Part shown: positions 1 to 8,303 of the stretch, piece after piece
How the letters are laid out: each line of letters opens with the position of its first letter
How positions within the stretch are numbered: position 1 is the stretch's first letter
DNA from: Archangium sp.
GTDB lineage: Bacteria > Myxococcota > Myxococcia > Myxococcales > Myxococcaceae
Reading direction: 5' to 3'
Length of the DNA stretch: 25,505 bases
NCBI GenBank assembly: GCA_031367385.1
Contig: JANLPS010000130.1
Coordinates: 1 to 25,505, forward strand
Translations under genes and position numbers: made by a program
The notes under the pieces: generated by a model
Told to the model about the DNA's origin: nothing
What the model saw: only the letters and a program-made list of their open reading frames with translations
Database searches by the model: none

Positions 1-189
1 GCCCACCAGCGTGCCCAGCGACAAGACCGGCACCAGCTCACCCCGCAGGTTGATCGTGCCCAGACACCCGAAGGGCGCGCGCGGCAGCCGCGTGAGCAGG
101 CCGGGGCGAATCACTTCTCGCACGTGCGAGAGCGGGAGCGCCATCAGTTGCCCGACCGACTCGAAGAGGAGCACCGTTGCCGCTGACAT
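1..189 (-). CDS. cheW: Chemotaxis adaptor CheW (N-terminal part, runs off the left edge of the window)
   Basis: Not in the ORF track. Manual translation from ATG at 189 gives MSAATVLLFESVGQLMALPLSHVREVIRPGLLTRLPRAPFGCLGTINLRGELVPVLSLGTLVG, which contains the CheW signatures VREV and P..P...G.INLRG..VPV..L. Confidence 0.9.
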   Translation of the reverse strand, partial: MSAATVLLFESVGQLMALPLSHVREVIRPGLLTRLPRAPFGCLGTINLRGELVPVLSLGTLVG

Positions 190-257
190 GAATGAGATCG
201 CCCTTCGCTTCGCTGATAACTGCCAATCTGGTGGTAGGGTAACTCCCACTTCACCTC

Positions 258-638
258 ATGCCTAAGACTGTCGCCAAAATATTGTTGGTGGAGGATTCGG
301 CCACGGCGCGATCACTGGTTCGGGTTTTTCTGATGGGCATACCGAACCCGATCGTCGAAGCAGAATCAGCCGAAGACGCGATGATCGCCCTCGATGACAC
401 CTCGATCTTCGTGGTGGTGACCGACAATCAGCTGCCAGGGGTGCAGGGGCTCGACTTCGTGAAGCGGCTGCGCTCTGACCCGCGGCCCCACGTGGCGACC
501 ATCGGCATCGTGATGCTGACCGGGCAAGACGTCGAGTCGGGCGCGGCCACGGCGGGCGTCGACTTCTTCATTCGCAAGCCGGTCAAAGACGCGACGTTGC
601 GCGACGCGGTCAAGAAGCTGATCGAGCCCCACGCCTAG
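258..638 (+). CDS. Single-domain response regulator (CheY-like receiver)
   Basis: 126 aa with ILLVEDS acidic pocket, phosphoacceptor in VVTDNQLP, MLTG switch and conserved KP (IRKPV). No output domain; divergent from cheW. Confidence 0.9.
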   Translation: MPKTVAKILLVEDSATARSLVRVFLMGIPNPIVEAESAEDAMIALDDTSIFVVVTDNQLPGVQGLDFVKRLRSDPRPHVATIGIVMLTGQDVESGAATAGVDFFIRKPVKDATLRDAVKKLIEPHA

Positions 639-1126
639 CGTTTCGTGTACTGCCCATCGAACGAGACCGACCAGGTCTTGCCGCCATCGGCAGTGGTCTC
701 CCACAGCTGCCGCACGCGGCGATCTGGCAGCACCTGGTAGGTGATTCGGTTGGTCGGGTTGCTCAAGATCATCGCACCACCGGTGAGCGCACCGTCGAGC
801 AACAACAGCGAGCCCGAGTCGTCGACCCAGGTCTGGTGCCACTTCTTGGTCGTCGCGTCGTAGAGGTTGAAGCTCTCGCCGTGATTGCCGCCCATGCCCG
901 ACCAGTGCTCGTGCAGCACGCAGCCCTTGAGCTCGCTGGTGATGACGTTGGTGCCAACCGGCTTGCCCGCGGGGTTGGTCACGTCCCACGTGCCGAGCCA
1001 GAAGTCGAACTGCCGAAATTCGGGGCCGGTGCACGACGGTGGCTGAGGCGCTCGAACCCCGGCATCAGGGCCGGCCCAAGTGATCGACGCGATGACGGCG
1101 CTCAGGGCGGTGATGCATTTTCGCAT
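635..1126 (-). CDS. Secreted conserved hypothetical protein (DUF1579-like)
   Basis: Likely start ATG 1126 (MRKCITALSAVIASITWA, signal peptide). Motifs RQFDFWLGTWDV, WHQTWVD and VRQLWE.T.DGGKTW are typical of this conserved family. Its stop overlaps the convergent receiver gene's stop (CTAG). Confidence 0.7.
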   Translation of the reverse strand: MRKCITALSAVIASITWAGPDAGVRAPQPPSCTGPEFRQFDFWLGTWDVTNPAGKPVGTNVITSELKGCVLHEHWSGMGGNHGESFNLYDATTKKWHQTWVDDSGSLLLLDGALTGGAMILSNPTNRITYQVLPDRRVRQLWETTADGGKTWSVSFDGQYTKR

Positions 1127-1179
1127 GCGCGCGAACGCGCTGACCGGCGAAGACGTATCGGGTGACAGCCCCATCGCCC

Positions 1180-1983
1180 TCACGGCGTGAGCTTGCAAGG
1201 CGTCACGTCGACCAACTTCTTGGTCTCGGTGACCTTCACCACGCCGCCGAAGCGGTGCACTTCAGCGCTGAAATGGGTGGCGTCGGCCGAGGTGATGCTC
1301 GACGAGGTGCTGAAAAAAGAGGCGCCGTCGTAGTCGAGCTTGCCGAAGCTCTTGCTGTACTTGTTGTTGGCCGCGAAATACTTCTGCTGCGAGGCGAGAA
1401 TGGCCCGGGCGGCCTCATGCATGCCCTCGAGGCAATGCGCTGGTGACGGAGCCGGCAACGGCGCGGCCGCCCAGGTGCCCGCCTCTTTGATGAAGAAGAG
1501 CGGCTGCGGCCCCGGGTTTCTCGCGCGGTCTGCGTGAAGCCATTCGGTGTCGTCGTCGAGGTCGGCCGCCTCGGCCGTCGGCGCGGTCATCAACGCCAGC
1601 GACTTGTCGTCTCGCTCGAGCACTGACAGCTCGAGACGCTTGCCGCCTTTGTCGTAGAACCGAATCGAGTGGGTGCCGTGGCTCGCCTTCTCGACGATGG
1701 CCGCTCTCGAGGCGAACAGGGCCGGTAAATCAGCCGCTGGGTTCTGCTGGTCGAGCGTCGAGCGCACGATGGTGTCGATGTCGGTGGGTGACGCGCCCAT
1801 CGCGAGCACCGACTTCTTGATCTCTGCCTTGGTGGCCAGCATCGCGCTCAACCTCGCGCCGGGCTGCACCAGGTCGGGCAGGCGCGCATCGAGCTGCTGC
1901 ACCTCTTCGAGCGGGCTCGCAACCACCAACCCCTTGGGGGCCGTCGCACCCACCACCCACACCATCGCCATCTGGAGGATCAT
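1180..1983 (-). CDS. Hypothetical exported protein with type IV pilin-like C-terminal segment
   Basis: The ORF-track extension to 2403 is antisense to the FBP gene, so the likely start is ATG 1983 (MILQMAMVWVVGA). The C-terminal HEAARAILASQQKYFAANNKYS resembles the pilin alpha1-C helix pattern and is bracketed by two Cys. Confidence 0.6.
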   Translation of the reverse strand: MILQMAMVWVVGATAPKGLVVASPLEEVQQLDARLPDLVQPGARLSAMLATKAEIKKSVLAMGASPTDIDTIVRSTLDQQNPAADLPALFASRAAIVEKASHGTHSIRFYDKGGKRLELSVLERDDKSLALMTAPTAEAADLDDDTEWLHADRARNPGPQPLFFIKEAGTWAAAPLPAPSPAHCLEGMHEAARAILASQQKYFAANNKYSKSFGKLDYDGASFFSTSSSITSADATHFSAEVHRFGGVVKVTETKKLVDVTPCKLTP

Positions 1984-2058
1984 AGGAGACGCGTTCTTGC
2001 AGATTTCGAGTCGCCCTGCCTGCGAACCAGGCGCGGTTTCTGCGAGACTCCGGGGGGC

Positions 2059-2529
2059 ATGTTCAAGCTCGACTCTGAAGCTGCGGTGCTCAAGGCATTT
2101 CGACCCAAAGACCGGGCCTCGGTCGAGATGTCGCCCGACGTGAAGCTGCCCGCGCTGGTTCGTCACTACCTGGCGTGGGCCCACCCCGCCGGAGGCCGGG
2201 TCTTTCTGGTGTTTTCGGTGCCCAAAGGCGTACCGACCGGCATCGTCTTCGACACCAACGGCGGTTCGGGGCCCTCGGTGCCGTCGATGTGCGACTGGTG
2301 TCACCACAACGGCGCGGGCACCGAAGTCGGGTTGCTCACCGCGCAGCTCAACAGCCACAAGCGGCTCGGCGTGCATGTGTGCGTCGACCTGAGCTGCCAG
2401 CAAAAAATCGAAGACGAGGCGAATCGCACCGGCAAGAGCGCGGTCGAGGCTCTCGAAAAGCTCGTCGCCCGCATGGCTCGGTTTGCCAGCGAGGCGCTGA
2501 AGATCGACCTGTCTGGCGTCGGTCGCTAG
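2059..2529 (+). CDS. FBP domain protein (FBP_C treble-clef zinc finger, related to the FusB C-terminal domain)
   Basis: 156 aa with YLAW.HP, MCDWCH and G.HVCVDLSC (CxxC...CxDLxC). G-rich RBS-like tract before the ATG. Confidence 0.8.
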   Translation: MFKLDSEAAVLKAFRPKDRASVEMSPDVKLPALVRHYLAWAHPAGGRVFLVFSVPKGVPTGIVFDTNGGSGPSVPSMCDWCHHNGAGTEVGLLTAQLNSHKRLGVHVCVDLSCQQKIEDEANRTGKSAVEALEKLVARMARFASEALKIDLSGVGR

Positions 2530-2570
2530 GGTTGAAACGCGGGCCCACCGGTATGCGCTACGGTGCCCAC

Positions 2571-5264
2571 GTGCTCACCGCCTTGAGACCCTCGCGCGTT
2601 GCTGCCCTGGTCGCGCTCAGCCTGCTCGGGTGTACGCGCAGCTCGAGCGACGCGGCCCCCGGCCTGGCGGCGCAGCCGCTCACCGATGTGTGGGTCAGCC
2701 CGGCGCGGCTGATTTCACGCTCGTACGTCGAGTCGCCCCCCCAGTGGGACGGAACACGCTGGTGGCTCCTCGCCGGCGGAGTGGTGCGGCAGGTCGACTC
2801 GAACGGCCAGCCGATTGACGACGGCGGCATCGGGGTGCGGCCGAGTGCCGCGGTCGACTGTCGCCTCGCCCTCTCGGGCAATGCGGCGGTCGTCGCCTGC
2901 TCGAATGACGAATTCGATGGTGGGTTTCGCTTGTCGACCCGAAGGGTCACCCCCGCTGGAGCGTTGGGAGTCACCACCATCGACACGGTCGAGGCGTACC
3001 CGGTGCTTCAACTCGCCGCGAGCCCGAGCGATCTGCGTCTGCTGTGGAGCACCCGGTACCCTGATGGCGGCGCCACCACCTGGGACCTGGTGCTCGACGG
3101 AAACGGCGTGCCGGTGGGCTCTCCCACGAAATGGCCTCAGCAGAGCGTGACGTACGATGTGCTCTTCGACGGCGTTCGATATCTGGCGTTGGGCTCTGCG
3201 CCGACGAACTCGAGTGCGCCCTTGCAGCTCTTCGGGCTGTCGGGGCCCTCGGGCGAGCCGCGGTTCACCCTGCCCCTCGCAGTCACCTACTCGGTGGGGT
3301 GGGGGGCCGGTTTCGGCGGAGATGCCCAGCTGTTGATGGTCTACGGCAACGAGCTCAATACGTACCAGCTGATCATCGACGGAGGCGTCACCACCAGCCA
3401 GTTGACGCTGCCGTACAACACGAGCTCCCAGGTGCTGCGCTCGGTGTTTCGCGACGGCGACCACCTGATCGCGTACTTCGAGTCACTCACGGCGGGGGTC
3501 AATGTACAAGGCGCGCGCGTCTCGAGCGACGGAGGCGTGACCGCGATCGCCGATCTGGTGTCGAGAGCGGTGACGCAGTCACAGACTGCGCAGTTGCTTC
3601 TCGGGCAGGCGGGTGTGGCGCCCGGGGTCGCGTTGCAGCCTTGGTTCATCAACGACTTCGGGAGAACGGGGTTCGTCACGCCGCTGCTCCTGACCGGTGT
3701 CTCCGCGCCGGCCCCGCTGCCGCCAAACCTGGTGGGCCCCACCGCAGCCACCTCGACGAGCCCAGCGCTCGCGCCGTTCGCGAACAGCGTCGCCCTGGCG
3801 TGGCTCGGGGAGCGCAACGAAGATCAGGCACCGTTCTATTTTGCCGAGCACGTCTTCGCTGGCGGCGGCGTGCAGTCGACGCCGATCGAGGCTGGGGCGT
3901 CGAAGTGGCCCAAGGTCGAGTACACGCGGCTCGAGGGGCCGGCCATCGCCTCGTCGGGCAGCAACGCGATGCTGATCTGGTCTGAAACGTTCGACCTCCG
4001 GGTCTTGATGCTCGAGAGTGACGGAGGGGTGCCGAACCCGGTGCCGCAAAAAATCGATACCGGCACGGTGTACCGCATGGCGGCGGTCGCCTTCGGTGCC
4101 AACGCGTACTTCGCGCTGGCCACGTCGTTCAGCGGTGTTTCGTTGTTTCGCTTCAACCTGCAGGGCGTGCTGCAAAACCCCGGCGGCACCGACATCAACT
4201 CGGGGTTCTGCGAGGGCGCCTCCATCGGGTTCGATGGCCAGTCGTTTCACGCCCTGACGGTGTTCTTCGATGCATCGATGATCTGGCAAGTGATCGATGC
4301 CACGGGCGCCGCGAGCGCTCCAGTGACGCTCGCGGCCAAAGGGTCTGGGCAGGTCGTGTCAGGCCCCGGGTATGGGTTGGCGCTGGTCTCGACGCCCGAC
4401 GGCGGCACCCAGATCGTTCACTTGTATGCAGACGGTGGCATGGCCGCGAGCCCTGGCTTCTCGACCTCGGGCTTTGACCTGCTCTCGAAGCGCGCCGCGC
4501 TGACCTCGAGCGGCGGAGTCGACTTCGCAGCCGTCGCCGACCCGGCGATACCGGGCGTGACGTGGGCGCGGTTTGATCAGTCGAGCGGGCTGACCGTCAC
4601 CCCGGTGACGGTGTCGCCGGCCCCCAACACCGTCGCGTTGACGGCGATGCCCTCGGGCCAGGTGGTGCTCGCGCGCGATGAGGCGCAAGGCACCCACAAC
4701 CACCTGCATGTCGACTTCGTCGGCAGCGCGCCGAATGGCGCCGCCTGCGCGGGGCCTTTCGACTGCGCGAACCTGGGGTGCTCGCAGGGGCTGTGCTGCT
4801 CCGCGCCGTGCGCCACCCCCGACGCGGGAGCTCCTGACGCCGGTGGGCCTGACGCCGGTGCGCCTGACGCCGGTGCGCCTGACGCCGGTGCGCCTGACGC
4901 CGGTGCGCCTGACGCCGGTGCGCCTGACGCCGGTGCGCCTGACGCCGGTGCGCCTGACGCTGGCTCGAGCGATGCGGGCGTGCCCGATGCGGCGGTCGTT
5001 GACGCGGGGAGCATCGCCGACGCCGGGCCGGTCGAGGCCGACGCGGGGCCACTCGATTCGGGTGTGGCTGCAGGCGACGCGGGCCCGGGCCCCGCGCTCG
5101 ATGCGGGGGTCACCTCGAGCGACGCGGGCGAAGGTGAGCGAAGCCTTCACGTCGGGTGCGGCTGCGAGGCGATTGGGGGCCAGGGCTTTGGCGTGTTCGC
5201 CTTGGCCGCGCTTCAGCTGATGCGTCGTCGACGGGTCGCTCGAGCATCGGTACCGCCGCGCTGA
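2571..5264 (+). CDS. Large cell-surface protein with lipobox, repeat-rich body, Cys-rich segment, PDAGA linker and MYXO-CTERM-like tail
   Basis: Start GTG 2571 (or ATG 2553): MLTALRPSRVAALVALSLLGC lipobox. Recurring V...G...D.GG motifs, CAGPFDCANLGCSQGLCCSAPC, and C-terminal GCGC + hydrophobic stretch + RRRR. The ORF-track start at 2175 overlaps the upstream gene. Confidence 0.8.
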   Translation: MLTALRPSRVAALVALSLLGCTRSSSDAAPGLAAQPLTDVWVSPARLISRSYVESPPQWDGTRWWLLAGGVVRQVDSNGQPIDDGGIGVRPSAAVDCRLALSGNAAVVACSNDEFDGGFRLSTRRVTPAGALGVTTIDTVEAYPVLQLAASPSDLRLLWSTRYPDGGATTWDLVLDGNGVPVGSPTKWPQQSVTYDVLFDGVRYLALGSAPTNSSAPLQLFGLSGPSGEPRFTLPLAVTYSVGWGAGFGGDAQLLMVYGNELNTYQLIIDGGVTTSQLTLPYNTSSQVLRSVFRDGDHLIAYFESLTAGVNVQGARVSSDGGVTAIADLVSRAVTQSQTAQLLLGQAGVAPGVALQPWFINDFGRTGFVTPLLLTGVSAPAPLPPNLVGPTAATSTSPALAPFANSVALAWLGERNEDQAPFYFAEHVFAGGGVQSTPIEAGASKWPKVEYTRLEGPAIASSGSNAMLIWSETFDLRVLMLESDGGVPNPVPQKIDTGTVYRMAAVAFGANAYFALATSFSGVSLFRFNLQGVLQNPGGTDINSGFCEGASIGFDGQSFHALTVFFDASMIWQVIDATGAASAPVTLAAKGSGQVVSGPGYGLALVSTPDGGTQIVHLYADGGMAASPGFSTSGFDLLSKRAALTSSGGVDFAAVADPAIPGVTWARFDQSSGLTVTPVTVSPAPNTVALTAMPSGQVVLARDEAQGTHNHLHVDFVGSAPNGAACAGPFDCANLGCSQGLCCSAPCATPDAGAPDAGGPDAGAPDAGAPDAGAPDAGAPDAGAPDAGAPDAGAPDAGSSDAGVPDAAVVDAGSIADAGPVEADAGPLDSGVAAGDAGPGPALDAGVTSSDAGEGERSLHVGCGCEAIGGQGFGVFALAALQLMRRRRVARASVPPR
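4818..4967 (+). repeat. 15-bp coding tandem repeat (PDAGA)n
   Basis: Seven perfect copies of CCTGACGCCGGTGCG at 4848-4952, flanked by three degenerate units (4818-4847 and 4953-4967). Confidence 0.97.
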
Positions 5265-5287
5265 ATTGTAGCGCGCAGCGGCTTCAT

Positions 5288-5307
5288 GCCCGTTTCATGA
5301 AACGGGC
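5288..5307. repeat. Perfect 20-bp palindrome (terminator-like hairpin or operator)
   Basis: GCCCGTTTCATGAAACGGGC equals its own reverse complement. It lies 23 nt after the stop of the surface-protein gene and has no U-tract. Confidence 0.75.
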
Positions 5308-5428
5308 TCACCGCCCTGTAAACCCGCCTGTCGTTTCTTCTGCAGCAAACCGGGCCAGTGGAGCCGCGGTGTCTTGCGCAGATGCACTGTTCGCACGACT
5401 TTTCGAGACCGCTCCTCTGACGCCGCCG

Positions 5429-5444
5429 TGGCACGGCACCAGCA
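5429..5444 (+). promoter_or_regulatory. Candidate sigma54 (-24/-12) promoter
   Basis: TGGCACGGCACCAGCA has a perfect TGGCACG -24 element and GG-N10-GC spacing, but an imperfect -12 element (CAGC instead of TTGC). Confidence 0.45.
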
Positions 5445-5457
5445 ACAGAAGGGCACC

Positions 5458-6339
5458 GTGCGTTCACTCACTCTATTGAGCTTCTTCATCTTGGCGTCCT
5501 CCTGCGGGGGCCCGGCGCTCGATGCCCCGGTCGATGACTCCCAAATTGCCACCACTTCGAGCCTGGGCTCGGTCAAGCGGGTGCTCTTCGACGCGGCACA
5601 CCACCAGGTTGCCGGCAACGCCAACTGGGTGCTCGACAGCCATTCGCCACCCTCGCCCGCCACCCCCACCTCCGAAACCAGCTGGTCCGGAGGCATCTCA
5701 GCCTGGGGCTACCGCTTGGTCGCCAGCGGCCGATACACCGTCTCGCAGCTGGGCGCGGGCAGCCTCAGCTGGGGCGGCGGAGGCACCGGCGACCTGCAGA
5801 ACGTCGACGTGTTCGTCTCCGACGAGCCGGAGCTCGCCTTCAGCGCCGCTGAGCAAGCCGCGCTGATGCGCTTCGCCCAGGCGGGTGGAGGCTTGTTCTT
5901 GGCGAGCGATCACAAAGGGGCCAAGCGATGCACCGGCTGCACCGAGGCCTGGCGGGTGATCAACGATTTTCTGGTGACCGGCGCGGCCGCCGACGCGTTC
6001 GGAGCGAGGTGCGATGGCAACACCGTCTCGGCCAGCGCGGTGGTGACCGACGCGCGCTTCTCGGCTGGCCCCTTCGGCAAGGGCAGCACGCTTGTCTACC
6101 ACTCCGGCTCGACGGTCTCGGCGACCGGCTCGAGCGCCTTCGTCATTGCCGCGAGCGGTTCGCGGGGCTTGATGATCGGCTCAGAGCTCGCCGGTGGAGG
6201 CCGCCTGGTGCTCCTGGGTGACTCGAGCCCGATCGAAGACGGCACCTGCAAATGCAGCGCTTCACTGCACGACGGCTGGAGCGAGGCCGACGACGCCACC
6301 TTGATTCTCAACGCCACCGCATGGCTCGCGAAGAACTGA
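5458..6339 (+). CDS. Lipoprotein with class I glutamine-amidotransferase-like (DUF4350-like) domain
   Basis: GTG 5458 start gives MRSLTLLSFFILASSC (lipobox). Motifs RVLFDAAHHQVAGNANW, ALMRFAQAGGGLFLASDH, GRLVLLGDSSP.EDGT and LILNATAWL. Confidence 0.7.
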   Translation: MRSLTLLSFFILASSCGGPALDAPVDDSQIATTSSLGSVKRVLFDAAHHQVAGNANWVLDSHSPPSPATPTSETSWSGGISAWGYRLVASGRYTVSQLGAGSLSWGGGGTGDLQNVDVFVSDEPELAFSAAEQAALMRFAQAGGGLFLASDHKGAKRCTGCTEAWRVINDFLVTGAAADAFGARCDGNTVSASAVVTDARFSAGPFGKGSTLVYHSGSTVSATGSSAFVIAASGSRGLMIGSELAGGGRLVLLGDSSPIEDGTCKCSASLHDGWSEADDATLILNATAWLAKN

Positions 6340-6384
6340 CCGTGCGATTTGGGCTTGTGGCGATTTCTTTGTCAGGGCATTGAT

Positions 6385-7680
6385 ATGCATACTTTGCGTC
6401 TCTTGATTGGTGCACTCCTGGTCTTCACCGCCGCCTGCCCGGCTCCCACCACGCTCATTGGTGACGATGGTGGCAAGCGCCTCGACGCCAGCGTCGGCGG
6501 AGGCAGCGGCGGAGGTGGTGGGAGCGGTGGCGGCGCCGGCGGGTACGACGCGGGCAGGCAGTGTGAACCGTGCATGGTCTCGGCCGAGTGCAACCCGAGC
6601 GCGAGCTGCGTGCAGCTCCTCGGCTCGAACGTGTGCGGTACGCGGTGCACCAGCGCCGCTGGGTGCGACCTTGGCACACAGTGCCTGCCCACCACCGCAC
6701 TCGACGGCACGAAGGTCAGCATCTGCGTCTCGCCCACTGGCACCTGCGGCACCGCCCCCTGCGCTGGCGGCTGCGGCCCCGACGCGAAGTGCGACATGGT
6801 CACTGGCCACTGCGCGCCCAACGACGCGGGCCTGATGCCCGACGCCGGATTGCCCCCGAGCGACGGCGGCTCCCCCGTCGGTACGGTGGGCATCAATGGC
6901 GGCTCGGTCGATCGCCTCTTCTTCGCCGTCTTGGGAGACACCCGACCCTCGCTGCCGAACAACACTTCGGGGTACCCGACCGCGATCATTACCGGCATCT
7001 TTCAAGCGATGCAGGCGATGAGCCCCCGGCCGCAGTTCGCCATCGGCACCGGCGACTACCAATTTGCGTACTCGAGCAGCGCCGAGGCGCCCAAGCAAAT
7101 CGGGCTCTACATGGGTGCGCGCGCCAACTACTCGGGCGTCTTCTTTCCCGCGATGGGCAACCATGAGTGCACTGGCGCCACCAGCTCGAACTGCGCGAGC
7201 ACGCAGACTGACCCGTTCAAGGCGTTCATGTCATCGATGATGCAGCCGCTCGCGCACACGCTGCCGTATTACACCTTCGACGTGAACGCCCTCGACAACA
7301 CATGGTCAGCGAAGTTCATCATCGCCGCCTGCAACGCGTGGGACGGGACGCAGAAAGACTGGCTCGCCGCGCAGCTCGCTCGCCCGACCACCTTCACCTT
7401 CGTGAGCCGGCATGAGCCGCTCGGCGTCGACGCGCCCTGCACCGCGGAGATGGACGCACTGCTCGCTGGCAAGACGTACACGATGTTTCTTTCCGGGCAC
7501 TCGCACACGTTCGCGCACACCAACAACGAGCTGATCGAGGGCACCGCGGGCGCTCCCCTGACCGGCAATGCAGTCTACGGCTACGCCACCATCGAGCAAT
7601 TGCCCGGCGGCAGCACCTTTCGCATTACGCAGTACGACTCGGCGCAGCGCAAAGCCGTCGCGACCTACACGATCCCATGA
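6385..7680 (+). CDS. Lipoprotein calcineurin-like metallophosphoesterase with Gly-rich linker and Cys-rich N-terminal domain
   Basis: ATG 6385 with lipobox FTAAC. The catalytic motifs appear in the expected order: VLGDTR, GTGDY, MGNHE, SRHEP, SGHSH. Confidence 0.9.
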   Translation: MHTLRLLIGALLVFTAACPAPTTLIGDDGGKRLDASVGGGSGGGGGSGGGAGGYDAGRQCEPCMVSAECNPSASCVQLLGSNVCGTRCTSAAGCDLGTQCLPTTALDGTKVSICVSPTGTCGTAPCAGGCGPDAKCDMVTGHCAPNDAGLMPDAGLPPSDGGSPVGTVGINGGSVDRLFFAVLGDTRPSLPNNTSGYPTAIITGIFQAMQAMSPRPQFAIGTGDYQFAYSSSAEAPKQIGLYMGARANYSGVFFPAMGNHECTGATSSNCASTQTDPFKAFMSSMMQPLAHTLPYYTFDVNALDNTWSAKFIIAACNAWDGTQKDWLAAQLARPTTFTFVSRHEPLGVDAPCTAEMDALLAGKTYTMFLSGHSHTFAHTNNELIEGTAGAPLTGNAVYGYATIEQLPGGSTFRITQYDSAQRKAVATYTIP

Positions 7681-8297
7681 GAACGCTGGCGACCCTGATC
7701 GCCGTTCTGGCGGCGGCTCCCGCTCCGAAGGCCACCGCCACGCAGTGCCCAGCGGCGGCGTTGGTGGCGCATCACCTCTCGGCGGGTGCGGGCATCACCT
7801 TCGATGGGCATCTGAACGAGCAGCAGTGGCTCGATGCGCCGTCGAGCGGGGCCTGGGCGATGCGCAAGACCGGAGCATTCACTTCTCCGCACACCGAGCT
7901 GCGGGCGCTTTGGCGCGACGATGCGTTGCTGCTGGGCGTCTACGGCGCCGATGAAGATCTGCGCAGCTCAGACGGAGTGCGGTTCACGGTTCGCAAGGCG
8001 AATGGTTCGTTGCTGGCATTCAGCGCTCCGGTGTTCGAGGGCAAGATGCCCAAGGGCGTCGAGCAGCGCGTCGACCCCGATGGCACCCGCGACAACCCAG
8101 CCGATGACGATGAAGAGTGGGCGATGGAGCTGGTGCTGAGCTGGAAATCGCTGGGCTACAGCGTGCCTCCGGAGCGGGTCGAGCTCAACGTCGAGCGCAC
8201 CGACACGCCCAAGGGCACCACGCCGCGCACCGAGAGCTGGGTGCCTGACTGCGCCGGCACACTGCAGCTCGGGTCGATCGTGCTCGAGCGGGGGTGA
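7677..8297 (+). CDS. Secreted CBM9/DOMON-like putative sugar-binding protein
   Basis: Signal peptide plus ITFDGHLNEQQW, TELRALWRDDALLLG and WAMELVLSWKSLG, which match the CBM9-like pattern. ATGA overlap with the upstream gene. Confidence 0.65.
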   Translation: MRTLATLIAVLAAAPAPKATATQCPAAALVAHHLSAGAGITFDGHLNEQQWLDAPSSGAWAMRKTGAFTSPHTELRALWRDDALLLGVYGADEDLRSSDGVRFTVRKANGSLLAFSAPVFEGKMPKGVEQRVDPDGTRDNPADDDEEWAMELVLSWKSLGYSVPPERVELNVERTDTPKGTTPRTESWVPDCAGTLQLGSIVLERG

Positions 8298-8303
8298 GGC
8301 GCG

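Noticed and set aside
1984..2403. N-terminal extension of the 407-aa minus-strand ORF
   Set aside because: It is largely antisense to the well-supported FBP gene.
2059..2529. Calling this gene fusB (fusidic acid resistance)
   Set aside because: Only the zinc-finger-type domain is evident, and resistance cannot be inferred from sequence alone.
2175..2552. N-terminal extension of the 1029-aa ORF
   Set aside because: It overlaps the FBP gene in another frame and is Arg-rich shadow sequence. The signal peptide begins at about 2571.
4818..4967. CRISPR or non-coding repeat array
   Set aside because: Head-to-tail 15-mers without spacers, in frame within a CDS.
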